A stretch of 64,000 bases of DNA. Origin: Selaginella moellendorffii (taxonomy: Eukaryota > Plantae > Lycopodiophyta). A program made the position numbers and the translations under genes. Numbering within the stretch: position 1 is the first letter of the stretch; every line of letters begins with the position of its first letter. Below are positions 21,913 to 35,094 of the stretch, one piece after another. The stretch is from NCBI RefSeq assembly GCF_000143415.4, contig NW_003314368.1:144792-208791 (forward strand), written 5' to 3'. The notes below the pieces were generated by a model. That model was not told the origin of the DNA, searched no databases, and saw only the letters and a list, made by a program, of their open reading frames with translations.

Positions 21913-24900
21913 ACAGGAGCCTAGAGCGACTTGGAACAATCTTGGAGCAACCAGCATCCCAATGCTAGGACCAACACGCAAAAACGGAGCTAAATAGAGT
22001 CTGGTGCTATTTCAACATACCGGTGGCCTAACACGAGGACATGTAGCATGGAATGGAATTTGGGCTTAGACCCAAGTCGGACGCAGAACAAGGACAGGCA
22101 CGCAAGCGGGAGCTAAACTATGCCTCAGATTGGTTGGCCATGCTCGACCTACCCACTATCCCTACTATACGAGTCTAGAATACCGCCAAGGAAACAACTC
22201 CAGAAAAAGTTCACGGTACTCACACTATATGAAAAATGCACCAACTTAAATGAGTTAGGAGGCAACCTCTTTGTTTAACGCGGATGCGCTACCAGCTCAG
22301 ACACTTTCCGGCCATCGCCGACAAGGAAATGACTAACGGAGTCAACCACCCTTGTTGCTCTGGGTGTCACCCAGCTACAAAAGTGTGATACGCCCCTGCC
22401 CATAAGGACATAGAGAAAGAAGCCAGAGGCCCCAACCCTCATGAGCAAAGAAACCAAACCCGTCGGTAAGGTTTAGATAGACTACTGTAAATAGGCAGTT
22501 AGAGTTGTTTACACGGTCACACCCTTTCAATGGAATAAGGAACATTGACAGAGAGGCGGGTTATGTGACCAGTCGACAGTAGCTACCCCATGACTAGAGA
22601 TTTCACCATGCACACGAAGTGCCGAAGCCAGTTTGCTTATACTGGCCCAAACTTCAAAAATCAATAAATGGACAATATCAAAGTCATAAACAATGATATC
22701 TTAGAGACGTAATTATCAATGAATATATTTTAGATTAGAACACAAAAGTATTCCAAGTAAGTTATCATCCGATAAACTAGTATTATAGTATATGAACCAC
22801 CAAGATCAATATAGTTGGAAACATAGAATGCACTATCCAACAAAATGCAATAGCAAGGATATCATCAAGGAAACTCAATGATAAAACTTAACTATCAAAA
22901 TTTGCAGATAGAATGCTAAACAACTTACGAAAGATAACTCAAAGAACACTAAATATCATTGACTAGCAAGCAAAATGGTCGCGAATGTATCACCCGAAGG
23001 AAATAACATCCCAACCTAACAAAATTAACTCGAGCAATAATCAACATAATAGAATGAATATGGTAAAACCAACAAACACTTGTTCATGCCAATTATTGCA
23101 CTAGTCAATCAGAATAGATCCTAGTCAAGAATACTAAGGAACCAGAGTTGCTCAAGCAAGTGTTAGCAACATCCTATGGATGTCTCAAACCCAAAAGACT
23201 AATCCAAAGCAAACCACAAAGAACATGTGGTATTGCAAAAAGCCATAAGCCATCAAATAACACAACTAACCATCATGAAAGAACATCAATCATCCCATCA
23301 ATGAAGAGATGCATAATCATTGCTGAAGAAGGAATCTACCATCTCAAAGAATGGCAAATCATTCTATACCAACAATAATCAAGCAAAATCTTCGACAAGG
23401 ATAATCAACTATCCTAGATGACAGTCAATCATTATTAATGATTGCTAGATGCAAATATTAACTTCAACATCGAAGCTAAGAGCCAAAATGCTTTCCCCAA
23501 CAACTTCTAACAAATGGAACAATGAGCACAAAATTCAAGGAACCAAAAGCTCGAAGAAGCCTATAGCCAAGTCTTGCCTAACAACGATCACGAGTTTTGT
23601 AGGAACTAACTTCAATGCTAAAGAAGAAATCATGGTATAACCCACAACATCTTCCTTAACACATCCATAAGCTAAACTTCATAATGCAAAAGAAAATGAA
23701 AAGCATTTTTGCATCAATCCAAAAATTAAGCATAACGAAGTTATGCTCAACAAGTGATCACCAAACCGATCCTCAATGAATCCATCTACAGCAAGACGTA
23801 ACTCACCTCATAACAAGCACAAGAAAAATCATCAATGATCAATATATCCCAATTGAAATCCAACAAGGATTCAATCACTTCAATACTAATCATTAACTCT
23901 TCCTCTCATAGAGGTAGCATTGTCCACGACTAAATCACTTTTCAAGGAAAAGCTAAAGCTCAACCTCAACTAAGCAATTTCGTCTAGAACACAACTAACT
24001 CAACTTGCCACTCAGTTCATTTGAATGTCAATGCAGTTGCTAACTAGCAAATGTATGAATGCGAACAACACAAAGCTAAAGCCAAATCATCAACACTATT
24101 TTCATCAAGACTAATGAAACTCAATATCAATCCTTGGAAGGATATCTCATTTCACTCGAATCTCAATATCAACAATATCAATGACAAGGCATCATTTCAA
24201 TGCCATCAACACCATAACAAAACTAAAAGAAAGCAAGAGTGAATCACCACTCAGAGCTCTTTAGCAACTAAGTTAACCAAAGTCGAAGATACCTTAGTCA
24301 GTATGTGAGACTAGTCCTTCAGCAATACTCAGTTTTAGATAACACATCATCAAAGAGTGTATCACCACATCCAAGACTCAATGAAATCCAACACTATAGA
24401 CCAAACATAACCAAATGATTTTGACAAAGGAATCGACAAGCTAACATGGAAAAACCATGCAAGCTAAATGACACGATCCTCCGCAACACCATTCGATAAA
24501 GCAAGCCCATCACTACTCAATCTTCATTGAGCGAAGCAAGTGTTTAATAGTCCTCGACGAAGTCTATAAGTAATCACTAGTCGCAAAGCAACTAACAATC
24601 ACTCCTCAACTTGCCTTCACAAGACCCAAACACCAACTCTTGTCATCAAGTTATATACTTGTCTAACATGAATGTGATACCCCAGGTACGAGATAAAAGT
24701 TCATAGATAAGCACAAACTCAATGACCACTCGAATCCAACTCAACTGCAATAAGCTCACTAAAACATTTAGCCACTAGCTTTGAGCATGCCTTGAAGAGG
24801 CTAGCTATAAGATCAACACTTAGTCGAAACTAAAGTGAAGACCATAAGATGGATTCATATTGGTACACAACCTCCTCATAAACAAAGCTATAGTACAGGT

Positions 24901-25091
24901 ACTAATATCTCAAACTCAAACAACTAAGTTGGACATCACCATCCTTAACCAAGGCGCAGGGCCACCAAGACTAAGTCAAGATCAGTGAGAGCTCACTACT
25001 CTCATAAAGTTTTAACAAAATGCAAGATGCAACCTGCCACCGAGCATAATGCTACAAAAGAAAGGCACAAGGGTCACCCTTCTTAGAGAAG

Positions 25092-27628
25092 CTGTGTTAC
25101 GAACACGGCCGGGATCCCGGCCGTGTTCACCGTGTTTCATGAACACGGCCATGGGTCGTGTTCCCACGGCCGTGTTCGTGAACAGTGGTCCGTGTTACTA
25201 ACACGGACCACTGTTCAGAATATTCTCGCACGGAATATTCTGGTTTTAGGGCGCACGGCATCACACGACAATCCAGCCAGGGTGCACCATTTCAGGGCAC
25301 AGCAGCAGCAATCCAAGGCAAACAAGCATGGCGCAGCAATCCAGCATACTGCGAAAGCATCCTTCTTCGTGAGGTGGGATGAGGTAAGTGTTCTTGAGAG
25401 CAGGGGGCATGGCCACAAATTATGGTCATGCAAATACTGCCCAATGGTGAACAAACTGAGTGGTGTTGATCGTGTGAGAGCTCATCTGTTAGGAGAAGGC
25501 CCAGGCAGCAAGGATATTGTGAGTTGTCCTCTCATCCCAGGTAACAAGAAAGCGGATCTGCTCAATATGCAAAAGGTTATTGATTCCGAGAAAGGGGCAA
25601 GGGGGAAGAAACGGCCGAATGAATCTAGTGGTGCTTCTATGAGAATGGATGGCAATGTCCAAGGATTTCCACCGGTGGTATCATCCCAGTCAAGTGGAAG
25701 TGGCTGTAGTTTCCTGTTTTTTAGCAAACAGAGTCAAGTCCATATTGTTGATTCGATGGATCCTGAGCGGAAGAACCGAGTTGATGTGGCTATTGGAAGA
25801 TTTTTCTGGAATGAACACATTCCATTTGTCAAGGCTCGGTCACCTTACTTCCTCAACATGATACAGGAAGTTGCCAGGCATGGTGTGCCTTATGCACCAC
25901 CAAAATATGATGATCTCCGGGATAAGCTTTTGGTGAAAGAGAAACGATTCATTGACATTGAGATGGCGTCCTTGAGGAAGCAGTGGGAGCAGAGGGGTGC
26001 AACCATATGCGCAGACGGGTGGGCAGATAGGAGGAATTGGCATATCATGGGGCTTGTGGCATATAGTCAAGGACGAGGAGCTTTTTTGAAGGCTATCGAC
26101 ATTTCCTTAACAAGAAAAACAGCTGAAAATACTCTGCGCTGCTGGGAAGAAGGCATTAACATTGTAGGTGCAGAGAACGTTGTCATGGTTGTGACCGATG
26201 GGGAAAATGCAAACAGAGCAGCAGCAGCACTTTTGCAACAGAGGTACCCGAAAATTCAATGGGCAGCATGTTTTGCCCATTGCTTGAACAATGCCTTGAA
26301 AGACTTCTGTGTACTTCCATGGATGGCAACACTTCTGGAGCGTGGAAAGTCTTTGGTGATCTTCGTTAGAAACCACTCTCATATAGTGGCACTGCTGGCG
26401 GAGTTTACTCACAAGCAATTGCTGCGTTATTGTGATACCAGGTTCGGCTACAACTTCATTATGATGGAGAGGCTGGTGGAGCTCCGAGAAGCTTTACAAC
26501 AGATGTTCGTATGCCCTGCGTACAGAGCAAGGCCTGAGTCAAAGTCGAGAGCAGGAAGGGACAGTTATGCAACGGTTTTTGATGACAGTTTCTGGCAACA
26601 GGTTAAGGACATGCTAAAGGTGTCCAAGGATGTTATGCTACTTCTTCGTGTTGTGGACGGTGATATACCTGGGATTGGAAAGATATATGAGTGCATGAAC
26701 AGGTTGGATGCAAGTTTAGAGGAAGGACAGTCGGATTATGGCAGGTACAAGGAACTTTATCAGATCATGTCTAATAGGTGGCATGAGTATCACTCGCTCA
26801 TGCACTCAATGGCGTACATGTTGGACCCCGAGTTTCAGGAGTATGAAAAGCATGCTAACAGAGAGGTCATGAAGGACTGGAATGCTTATCTGCTGGCCAT
26901 GTTTACATCCAGTGAGAGGGATGTGATACGTGATGAGCTTTTAACTTACCGGAGGATAGGAGGCATTTTCAACTCATATGATGCTAAGGCTGATCGCACT
27001 AAGAGGGGAGCTGTACGTTGGTGGGAGGACTATGGTTATGAAACTCCAGCTCTTCAGAAGTTGGCCATTCGAGTTCTAAGTTAGGCATGCTCGTCGTCCT
27101 CGGTGGAGAGATTGTTCAGTACTTTCGAGCATGTTTCTTCAAAAAAGAGGAACAGACTTACCATGGACAGGACAGCGGATCTGGTTTTTGTGGCTTGCAA
27201 CACCAGGTTGTTAACCTGCAAAAATGATCGTGATTACGACAAGTTTGTAAGCTACAAAGTCCTGGAGACAGTTCCTCATCCTGAATACGAGCTTGAGTCA
27301 GGACAGGAAGAGGAAGATGGAGATGATGTCGAAGATCGTGAGGTCGAAGATCATGAGGTTGAAGATGACGATGAGATGCAGGATATTTGAGTAGTTTAAA
27401 AGTGTGAAGTAGTTTATGTGCAAATAAAAATATTAAGAATAATATAATAAAATATAGCATATTCCTATAATAATATAATAAGAAATAGAATATAATTTTT
27501 AAATAACATATTCTTAGAATATTCAGTAGAATATTTGTGAGCCATCGTGGGCCGTGATCGTGTTCCGTGTTCGGGTTCCTGAAATCTGAGGCTCGTGTCC
27601 GTGTTCCGTGTTCGTGTTCGTAACTATG
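25092..27628 (+). mobile_element. hAT-superfamily DNA transposon
   Basis: Imperfect TIRs CTGTGTTACGAACACG (25092) / CATAGTTACGAACACG (rc of 27613-27628); subterminal CACGG/CCGTG repeats; internal transposase; no matching 8-bp TSD. Confidence 0.9.
25328..27390 (+). pseudogene. hAT transposase (BED finger, DUF659, hAT dimerisation domain) with one nonsense codon
   Basis: WSCKYC..RVRAHL, ICADGW, VVTDG, CFAHCLN, DTRF, WWEDYG..PALQKLAIRVLS*ACSSSSVERLFSTF..KKRNRL; TAG at 27082-27084 is in frame with the downstream part; start uncertain. Confidence 0.88.
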
Positions 27629-28297
27629 CTCCATCAACCACTTTGGGGTTGATCATTGTCTAACCAAGCAACTTCGTAAACACATTACTCATTATCACAT
27701 GGATATGATATGGAAATCACAATGTCTTAATCATCAATCAAGCAACACTATAAGCAATGCCCATGTCATTACTGTAAAGGTTTATGTGAATATCAAGTGT
27801 CAACTCCATTTGACAAAATGCAATATAAATACCACACCCATCGATAGAGATTTACAACACCCAACACCACTAACTTTTGTTCACAACATGGACAAACTCA
27901 TGCCACTCTCTTTCTGACCAAACTCAACACTAATCCAACACCAAGCTACTCAAGGAGCAATAACAAGGTTCCCCGGAAAAGAATTGAGCATTGCAACCCA
28001 AGTCTTCCAATAACAAGCCTAGACAAAATGGTATAGCACTTCACTGCTATCCATCCCAAAACTCACCATTGTATGACCACCATCTTCAACATGCATCAAG
28101 ATAGAGACTCTTGATTGCATGATGTGAATACAAGCAATGAGTTAACACCTCATTGTAGATCATCTTTCCAAGAAGAGAAAATGATTTACGTATTTGATCC
28201 TCCGTCCCCAATGACTCTCTTTTCGGTCTCATCTTTGACCAAACCTCAAGCTTGCTTTTGCACTGCTTTCAGTTCAATCGAAGAAAAGTTTATGAGA

Positions 28298-28572
28298 GAG
28301 AGTGCTCGCCATGATCCAGGTGTGCCAGGTTGACACTCATTATTGCTATATCGTCATTGTGATCGTATCCTTGAGAGGAAGAGAATCTCAAGGAGAGATG
28401 GGCAACAGTCAGTACTCACTTACTACTTTCAGGTAAATTGAAAGCTTTGATCTAGCTACTGCTAAGCTATTGTATGCTCTCACAGTCGTGACTACTAGGC
28501 AGGGTCAGAGGTAATTTCTCTCTTTCCTATGATCTTACGTTATTGTGGCATTTGCAATAGAGTTGTCATTAG
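28298..28572. pseudogene. Relic of the head-to-head PPR 5' end / proteasome alpha-2 5' end
   Basis: 28298-28385 matches rc of 14650-14743; ATGGGCAACAGTCAGTACTCACTTACTACTTTCAGGTAAAT matches 36210-36250. Confidence 0.85.
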
Positions 28573-29769
28573 AGTTAGTCTTTGGGACTATCATGAAAAC
28601 TTATTAAATATAGATTGGTGCTAAATTGCAAATTTGGACACAGGAATAACACTATCATGTTTAGGACAATCTTTACATTCCATAGATATATTAACTAGCA
28701 AATTTAAATAATTTCCATAAATACCTATTGGGAGTAAATGGGACCAATATATAGAGCATGATAACGAGAGTGTTTTAGCGAACATAGTAAGCTACCATAG
28801 AACGAATATTGAGGGACCAAATTTAATATCACAGGGGCTTCCAACACTAACAAGTGAAAGCTAATAACTTGAATTTCTTATCACCATGTCAATTATGCTT
28901 GAATGTGAGTAGCGTTTTAAAGAAAATGGTGTTGGAAACAATTGAGGCTATAATTTTTCCATAATAGACTTGGCAATGTCTAAGGAGTGTAGATGTTGTT
29001 ACATTGGTGTTTGATTGTCAAGGCAATACAAAGTATACCATGATGATGATGGATCACCTGTATCACCAAACATTACACGTGATAGTAATCCAGTAAAGGG
29101 CATATTATTATCTTGCATGACAGTCATGGGCATTCAAGTTTATAGTGACAAACCTTCTCTATGTATTTATATTTGAGCTTTTCTTTTGGTAACTTTTAAT
29201 TTGCTTGACCAGATCATTTTGACATTGAGTATGTAGTTATTTATTTATTTATTTTCTTGTTAATGATAGCTTATTTATAGTGGCTGTTATATATGCAAAC
29301 TAGAAAGTTATAGAAGGATATAAAACTTTGGCAGCTCTTTATTTATTTCTATTGAACCCTTTTGGTCTTTCCTTGACAAGAGCCCATTACTAGAAAATCC
29401 ATGGACTATAGCTTGGTGCATGATAAGCATGAGGAAGTGCACATCCTCTTGTAGAAGGATCTGAGACTTTGGATGGAAATTCTTGTAAAAGAAGTAAGCA
29501 ATGAAGTTCAACATTCACTATAGATGAGAAGTGATAGAACATAATAAAACTTAGATTTCCTTCTTTAGTGCCCTTTGCATATGTGATTATCAATTTCTCA
29601 ATTAGATTGGGTGAAAATTAATAAAGGGTTTCGCAACACCGACCTCCCACTATCATAGCAGTAATATGAAAATGTTTAAAATAAGTTGCCGACAAATAAT
29701 TTTTGATACCCATAGTCATATTCATGACACTCTCCCCTCTTTAGTGAAAATCAATGTCCTCCTCGATGC

Positions 29770-32700
29770 ATATTCTAGTCTAGAGCATTACCAAATAAAC
29801 AACTCTAAATTTTTTTTATAGTGTTCACACTTTGTGAGAAATGCACAAACTTAAACTAGTTAGGGGACAATCTCTTTGTCTAACGTAAATATACTACCAC
29901 TCAGACATCTTTTGATTGTCATCAACAAAGAAATGACTAATAGAGTTAGCCACCTTTGCTACTCTAAATGTCACCCAAGTTATAAAAAATTATATATCTT
30001 TGCCTATAGGTGATATAAAAAAGAAGCCAAAGGCCCCAACCCTCATGAGCAAACAAATCAAACCTAATTTAAATAAATTATTATAAATAAGTAGTTAAAG
30101 TTATTTATACAGTTATGCCCTTTTAACGGAATAACGAACATCAAGAGAGAGGCAATAATATGACCAATCGACAATAACTACCCCATGATTAAAATTTTTA
30201 ATATACACACAAAGTGTTAAAGCCAGTCTATTTATACTAGCCCAAAGTAGAAGATCAACATATGAACAATATTAAAGTTATAAACAAAGATATCTTAGAG
30301 ACATTGAATTTTCAATAAATAAATATTAGATTAAAACATAAGAGTATTGCAATAAAATACCATCCAAGAAACTAATATAGTAGAGGAACTACCAAGATCA
30401 TCATAATTGGAAGACATAGGATTAACTATCTAATAAAATTTAATTGTAAATGTACCATAAGATTATAGATAGTAACTTATGAAAGGCAACTAAAAAAATA
30501 TAAAGTATAACTAATGGACAAACAGAATGCTTCCGAATGTATCACATGAAGAAAATAACATCTTAATCTATTAGAATAATAATCCATAAAACAGAGTGAA
30601 TGTCGCAAGGGCCAACAAACACTTGATCATATAAACTATCATATGAGCCAATTTAAATAGATCTTGGACAACAACACTAAGGAACTAAAGTTGTTAAAAT
30701 AAGTTTCAAAAACATTTTACTAATATCTCAAATCTAAAAGACCAATCTAAGAATATATGATAATACAACAAGCCAAAATCCATAAAAGAGAACAATAATT
30801 ATCATGAAAAATCATCAATCATTCTATCAATAAAAAGATGCATAATCATTATTGAATAAATAATCTACTATCTTGAACAATAGCAAATCATTCAAATCAA
30901 TAATAATTAAACAAAATTTTTAACAAAGATAATCAACTACCCTAGATAATAGTCAATTATTATTAATGATTGCCAAATGTAAACACTAACTTCAACATTA
31001 AAGCTGATGAGCCAATATACTTTCTTTAACAACTTCTAACAAATAGAATAATGAGCATGAGAATTCAAAGAACCAAAAGTTTGAAAAAGCATATAGCTAA
31101 ATCTCACTTAATAATGATCATCATTCTCGCATGAATTAACTTCAATGTTAAAAAAGAAATCATAGTATAACCCATAATATCCATATCTATAAGCTAAAGT
31201 TCATAATATAAATGTTAATAAAGAATATATTTGCATTAATTCAAAATTCAAGCATAATAAAGCTATGCTCAATAAGTGACCACCAAACCAATGCTCCATA
31301 AATCCACTTTTTATATCAAGGTGTAACTCACTTTATAAGGAAATACAAGAAAAATTATCAATGATTGATATATCCTTAATTTAAATTCAACAAGGAACTA
31401 ATAAATTTAATATCGACTACTAACTCTTTTGTTTACAGAAATAGTATAATCCATGAGTAAATCACTTTTCAAAGAAATACCAAAGCTCACATAACTAATT
31501 CAACTTGCCACTTAGTTTGTTTGAACACCAACATAATTGCTAACTAGTAAAATGCACAAATGCTAATAACATAAGGGTACAACTAACTATCAACACCATC
31601 TTTATTGAGACTAGTGAAATGAAATGTCAATCTTCATTGAGTATAATCACTCACCAATCATATAAACCACAGATGGAAAATTCAATATTTTAAATATATT
31701 TTTAGAGACAATAATCTCTTCTCACTTCAATCTTAATTTGAATAATATTAATATTACAACATCACTTTGATGCCATCAACACCAAAATAAAGCTAGAAGA
31801 AAGTAAAAGTGAATCATCAATCAATACTCTATGGCAATTAAGCTAACTAAGGTTGAAGATACCTTATTCAGTATTCAAGACCAATCCTTTAATAATATTC
31901 AGCTATATATAATGTATCATCAAAGAATGAATCACCACATCCAAAATTTAATGCAATCCAACACTATAAACTAAACACAATTAAACAATATCAAAAAAGG
32001 TGAAACCAATATGTTAATATGAAAAAACCGTGGAAGACCAAGAACACACCATCTAGTAAGTAAGCCCATCATTGCTAAATCATCATCAAGCTAAGCAAGT
32101 GTTAATGGTTCTCGACAAAGTTTATAAGTAATCACTAGTCACAAAATAATTAACAATCACTCGTCCACTCGCCTTCATAAAACCTAATCACAAACTCATA
32201 TCATCAAGTTATATATTTGTCCAATAGAAAAATAACACTCCACTTATAATATATAAAAACATGGATAAGTATGGACAAAATGACTATTTATAAGCTCACT
32301 AACATATCTAGTCAACAATTTTAAGCATAAATGAAGACACTAGTTAGACATGATCAACACTTAATAAAAACTAAAGTGAAGACTATAAGATGGACTCATA
32401 TAGTACACAACCTTCTAATATACAAGACTACAGTATTGGTATTAACATCTCAACCATAAACAACATAGTTAAACATTATTATCCTCAGTCAAGGCATAAT
32501 GCCACTAAAACCAAGTAAAGATCAATGAAAGTTCATTAATTTCATAGAGTTTAATGTAATGCAAGATGTAACTTGTTACCAAACATAACACAAAAAAATA
32601 AAAAGCATAAAAGTCACTTTTCTAGAAAAGCGTAACAATCACTTTTTTACATTGACTTTAAACTTTATCCAACTCAATTGCCTTAGCCTTAAAAGTTAGC

Positions 32701-33717
32701 ATTCATTTTAGGCTATATCATATAAACTACCTACTAATATTTAAACTAACCAAAGTCAAATTCTAGCCCCTTCATTAGTTTGCAATTGCTTAGGAAAATA
32801 GAATACAGCTCTAAGGAAAAATCCTCATCACTCAACATAACAATGCCACTCTAATTAACACCAATTGCTAGTAATGTCAATACCTTGCTTACACACTTTT
32901 TCCATCTAACGATCTACTCCAAGTACTAATGGATCCACCATCAAATTATAATAAATAAATGTTATAACCTTTCTAAAATTTTAATAGGTAAACTCTCAAG
33001 GAACCATTTAGCATAAAATAAATCACTCTTAAGAATCGAGTTAAAGTTATTACAATGTTATTTTGTGTAAATTCATCATTAACCACTTTGGGGTTAATCA
33101 TTGTTTAATCAAACAACTTTGTAAACACATTGCTCATGATTATATGGTTATGATAAAGTAATCACAATGACTTGAGTGGGCACTTGATATTTGTATAAAC
33201 CTTTATAGTAATGATATAAGTGTTGCTTATGATATTGCTTGATTGATGATCATATTTAATTTGACAAAATACAATATAAATACCACACTTTGCCAATAAA
33301 AATTTATAATACTTAACACTAATAACTTTGTTCACAATATAAATAATTCATGCCACTCTCTTTCCGACCAAACTCAAAATTAATCTAACATCAAGTTACT
33401 CAAGGAACAATAGTAAAGTTCCCTACAAAAGAATTGAGCATTGCAATTGAAGCCTTTAAATAACAAGCCTAGACAAAATGGTTTAATGCTTCTCTACTAT
33501 CTATTTTATAACTCACCACTTATAAAACCATCATAACTAACATGCATCAAAGTAGGGATTCTTGATTGCATAATGTAAACATAAGCAATGAGATCACATC
33601 TCATTGGTAAATCATCAAAAATTATTTACATATTTAATCCTTTATCCTTGATTACTCTCTTTTCAGACTCAATTTTGACCAAACCTCAAGTTTGCATTCA
33701 CACTATCTTTAGTCCAA
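29770..33717 (-). mobile_element. Decayed repeat of unknown class, copy B (more AT-rich; AT-rich sequence continues to ~35030)
   Basis: Colinear with 22165-28277 minus the hAT; differences appear dominated by C>T/G>A. Confidence 0.6.
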
Positions 33718-35094
33718 GGCACAACTAAGGCACAATAATAGGCACAACAATAACTATTTAAAGGGGCCAACAATAACTACTTAAATCAATAGACTAATCC
33801 CTATAATCTTAATTGATGCACTCATCATCATGCCTAAGAAAGATTCATTAATGTTGTGTTAAACAACCACGGACTAGTATATATGTTATTTATAGTAAAC
33901 CTAAGGAAGGTTTATTTTTACCCACGGTAACATAGAATAACTTATGGTAATTACTAATAAGTTAACATTAATCCCACCAACTCAAAATGTAAGCTCAAGT
34001 TGCTAATGTGCACTTATGAGCCCAAATGAAAACTTGTGTGAATGGAATATCTCAAAATCATCTTATGAACCTAAGCAAAGGCTTATACAATGTAATATGA
34101 AATAATAACCAAAATCTATACCCATGGAATGCATGTGAAGTTATAGCAACCAAACATATAAGTACTTAAACCACCGTTTTCATCTTTGCATATATAATGA
34201 GACTAATCACCTAACCTTATTGGATAGTACTCGCTGAAATATATTTTGAATACCAAAAAACTTGATTGCAAAAATTACATTTTCAGATATTTATATTGCA
34301 TTAACATTTTTCTTCAATCACCATCAAGATTAAATATAAAGCCAAAACAATTATTAGGCTTAATATTGTCAATGCAAGTTAAAAACATAAGTTTTTTATC
34401 ACCATATCAAATATGTTTGACGAAATGATAATTTAGGATTTCTTTCCTAAATGCCCTTGAAGTCTAAATATTTTAGCGATACTAACTTTTTGCCATTATG
34501 GTAGTAAGGGAAAAATATCCAAAAAGACTTACTGACAAGTAACTTTTAATACTTGTAATCACATTCATAATAGAATATTAAATTGCATAACTAACTTAGA
34601 TGCCCCTTGATGAAAATGATATAATTATTAAAGCTATTATTATAGTTGTTTGGGAGAAGACTCCAATTTAGATAAGTTGTTGTAGTCAAACCATTATACC
34701 TCATCCCAAGAATGATAAATAGCAATCTTTCCAAATTGATAGAACTAAATCATATATATCATCCCCAAGATTCCCATAGAAAAAATCTGATCAAACATAA
34801 GGATTAATAATACAAGCAAGAGGAACTACACCATATACATGAATGCCACCATTAATTAAATTTGATTGATCAGCCACATAACATTGAGCAATTACACTAA
34901 TTATTACTCTAGAGCTAGAGGATAAAGAAGTTGTTGCAAAGGAGGAATATGTTATAAAGATTGAACAAAGGAAAAATTGAAAAGAAAAAGAGAAGAAATA
35001 AAAACAAGACAGATTTACATTATATAAAAGCTAAATATAAACAAAAAAATACACAAATCTAAACACTCTTCAGGGAACAATAAAAACTGCTCCT

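Larger units (their letters stand above)
22165..28277 (-). mobile_element. Decayed repeat of unknown class, copy A (interrupted by a hAT element)
   Basis: Colinear homology with 29770-33717; remnants of a long minus-strand frame; no RT, integrase or transposase motif recognised. Confidence 0.6.

Noticed and set aside
24670-24690. YLGYHI as a reverse-transcriptase motif
   Set aside because: No YxDD motif at the expected distance upstream
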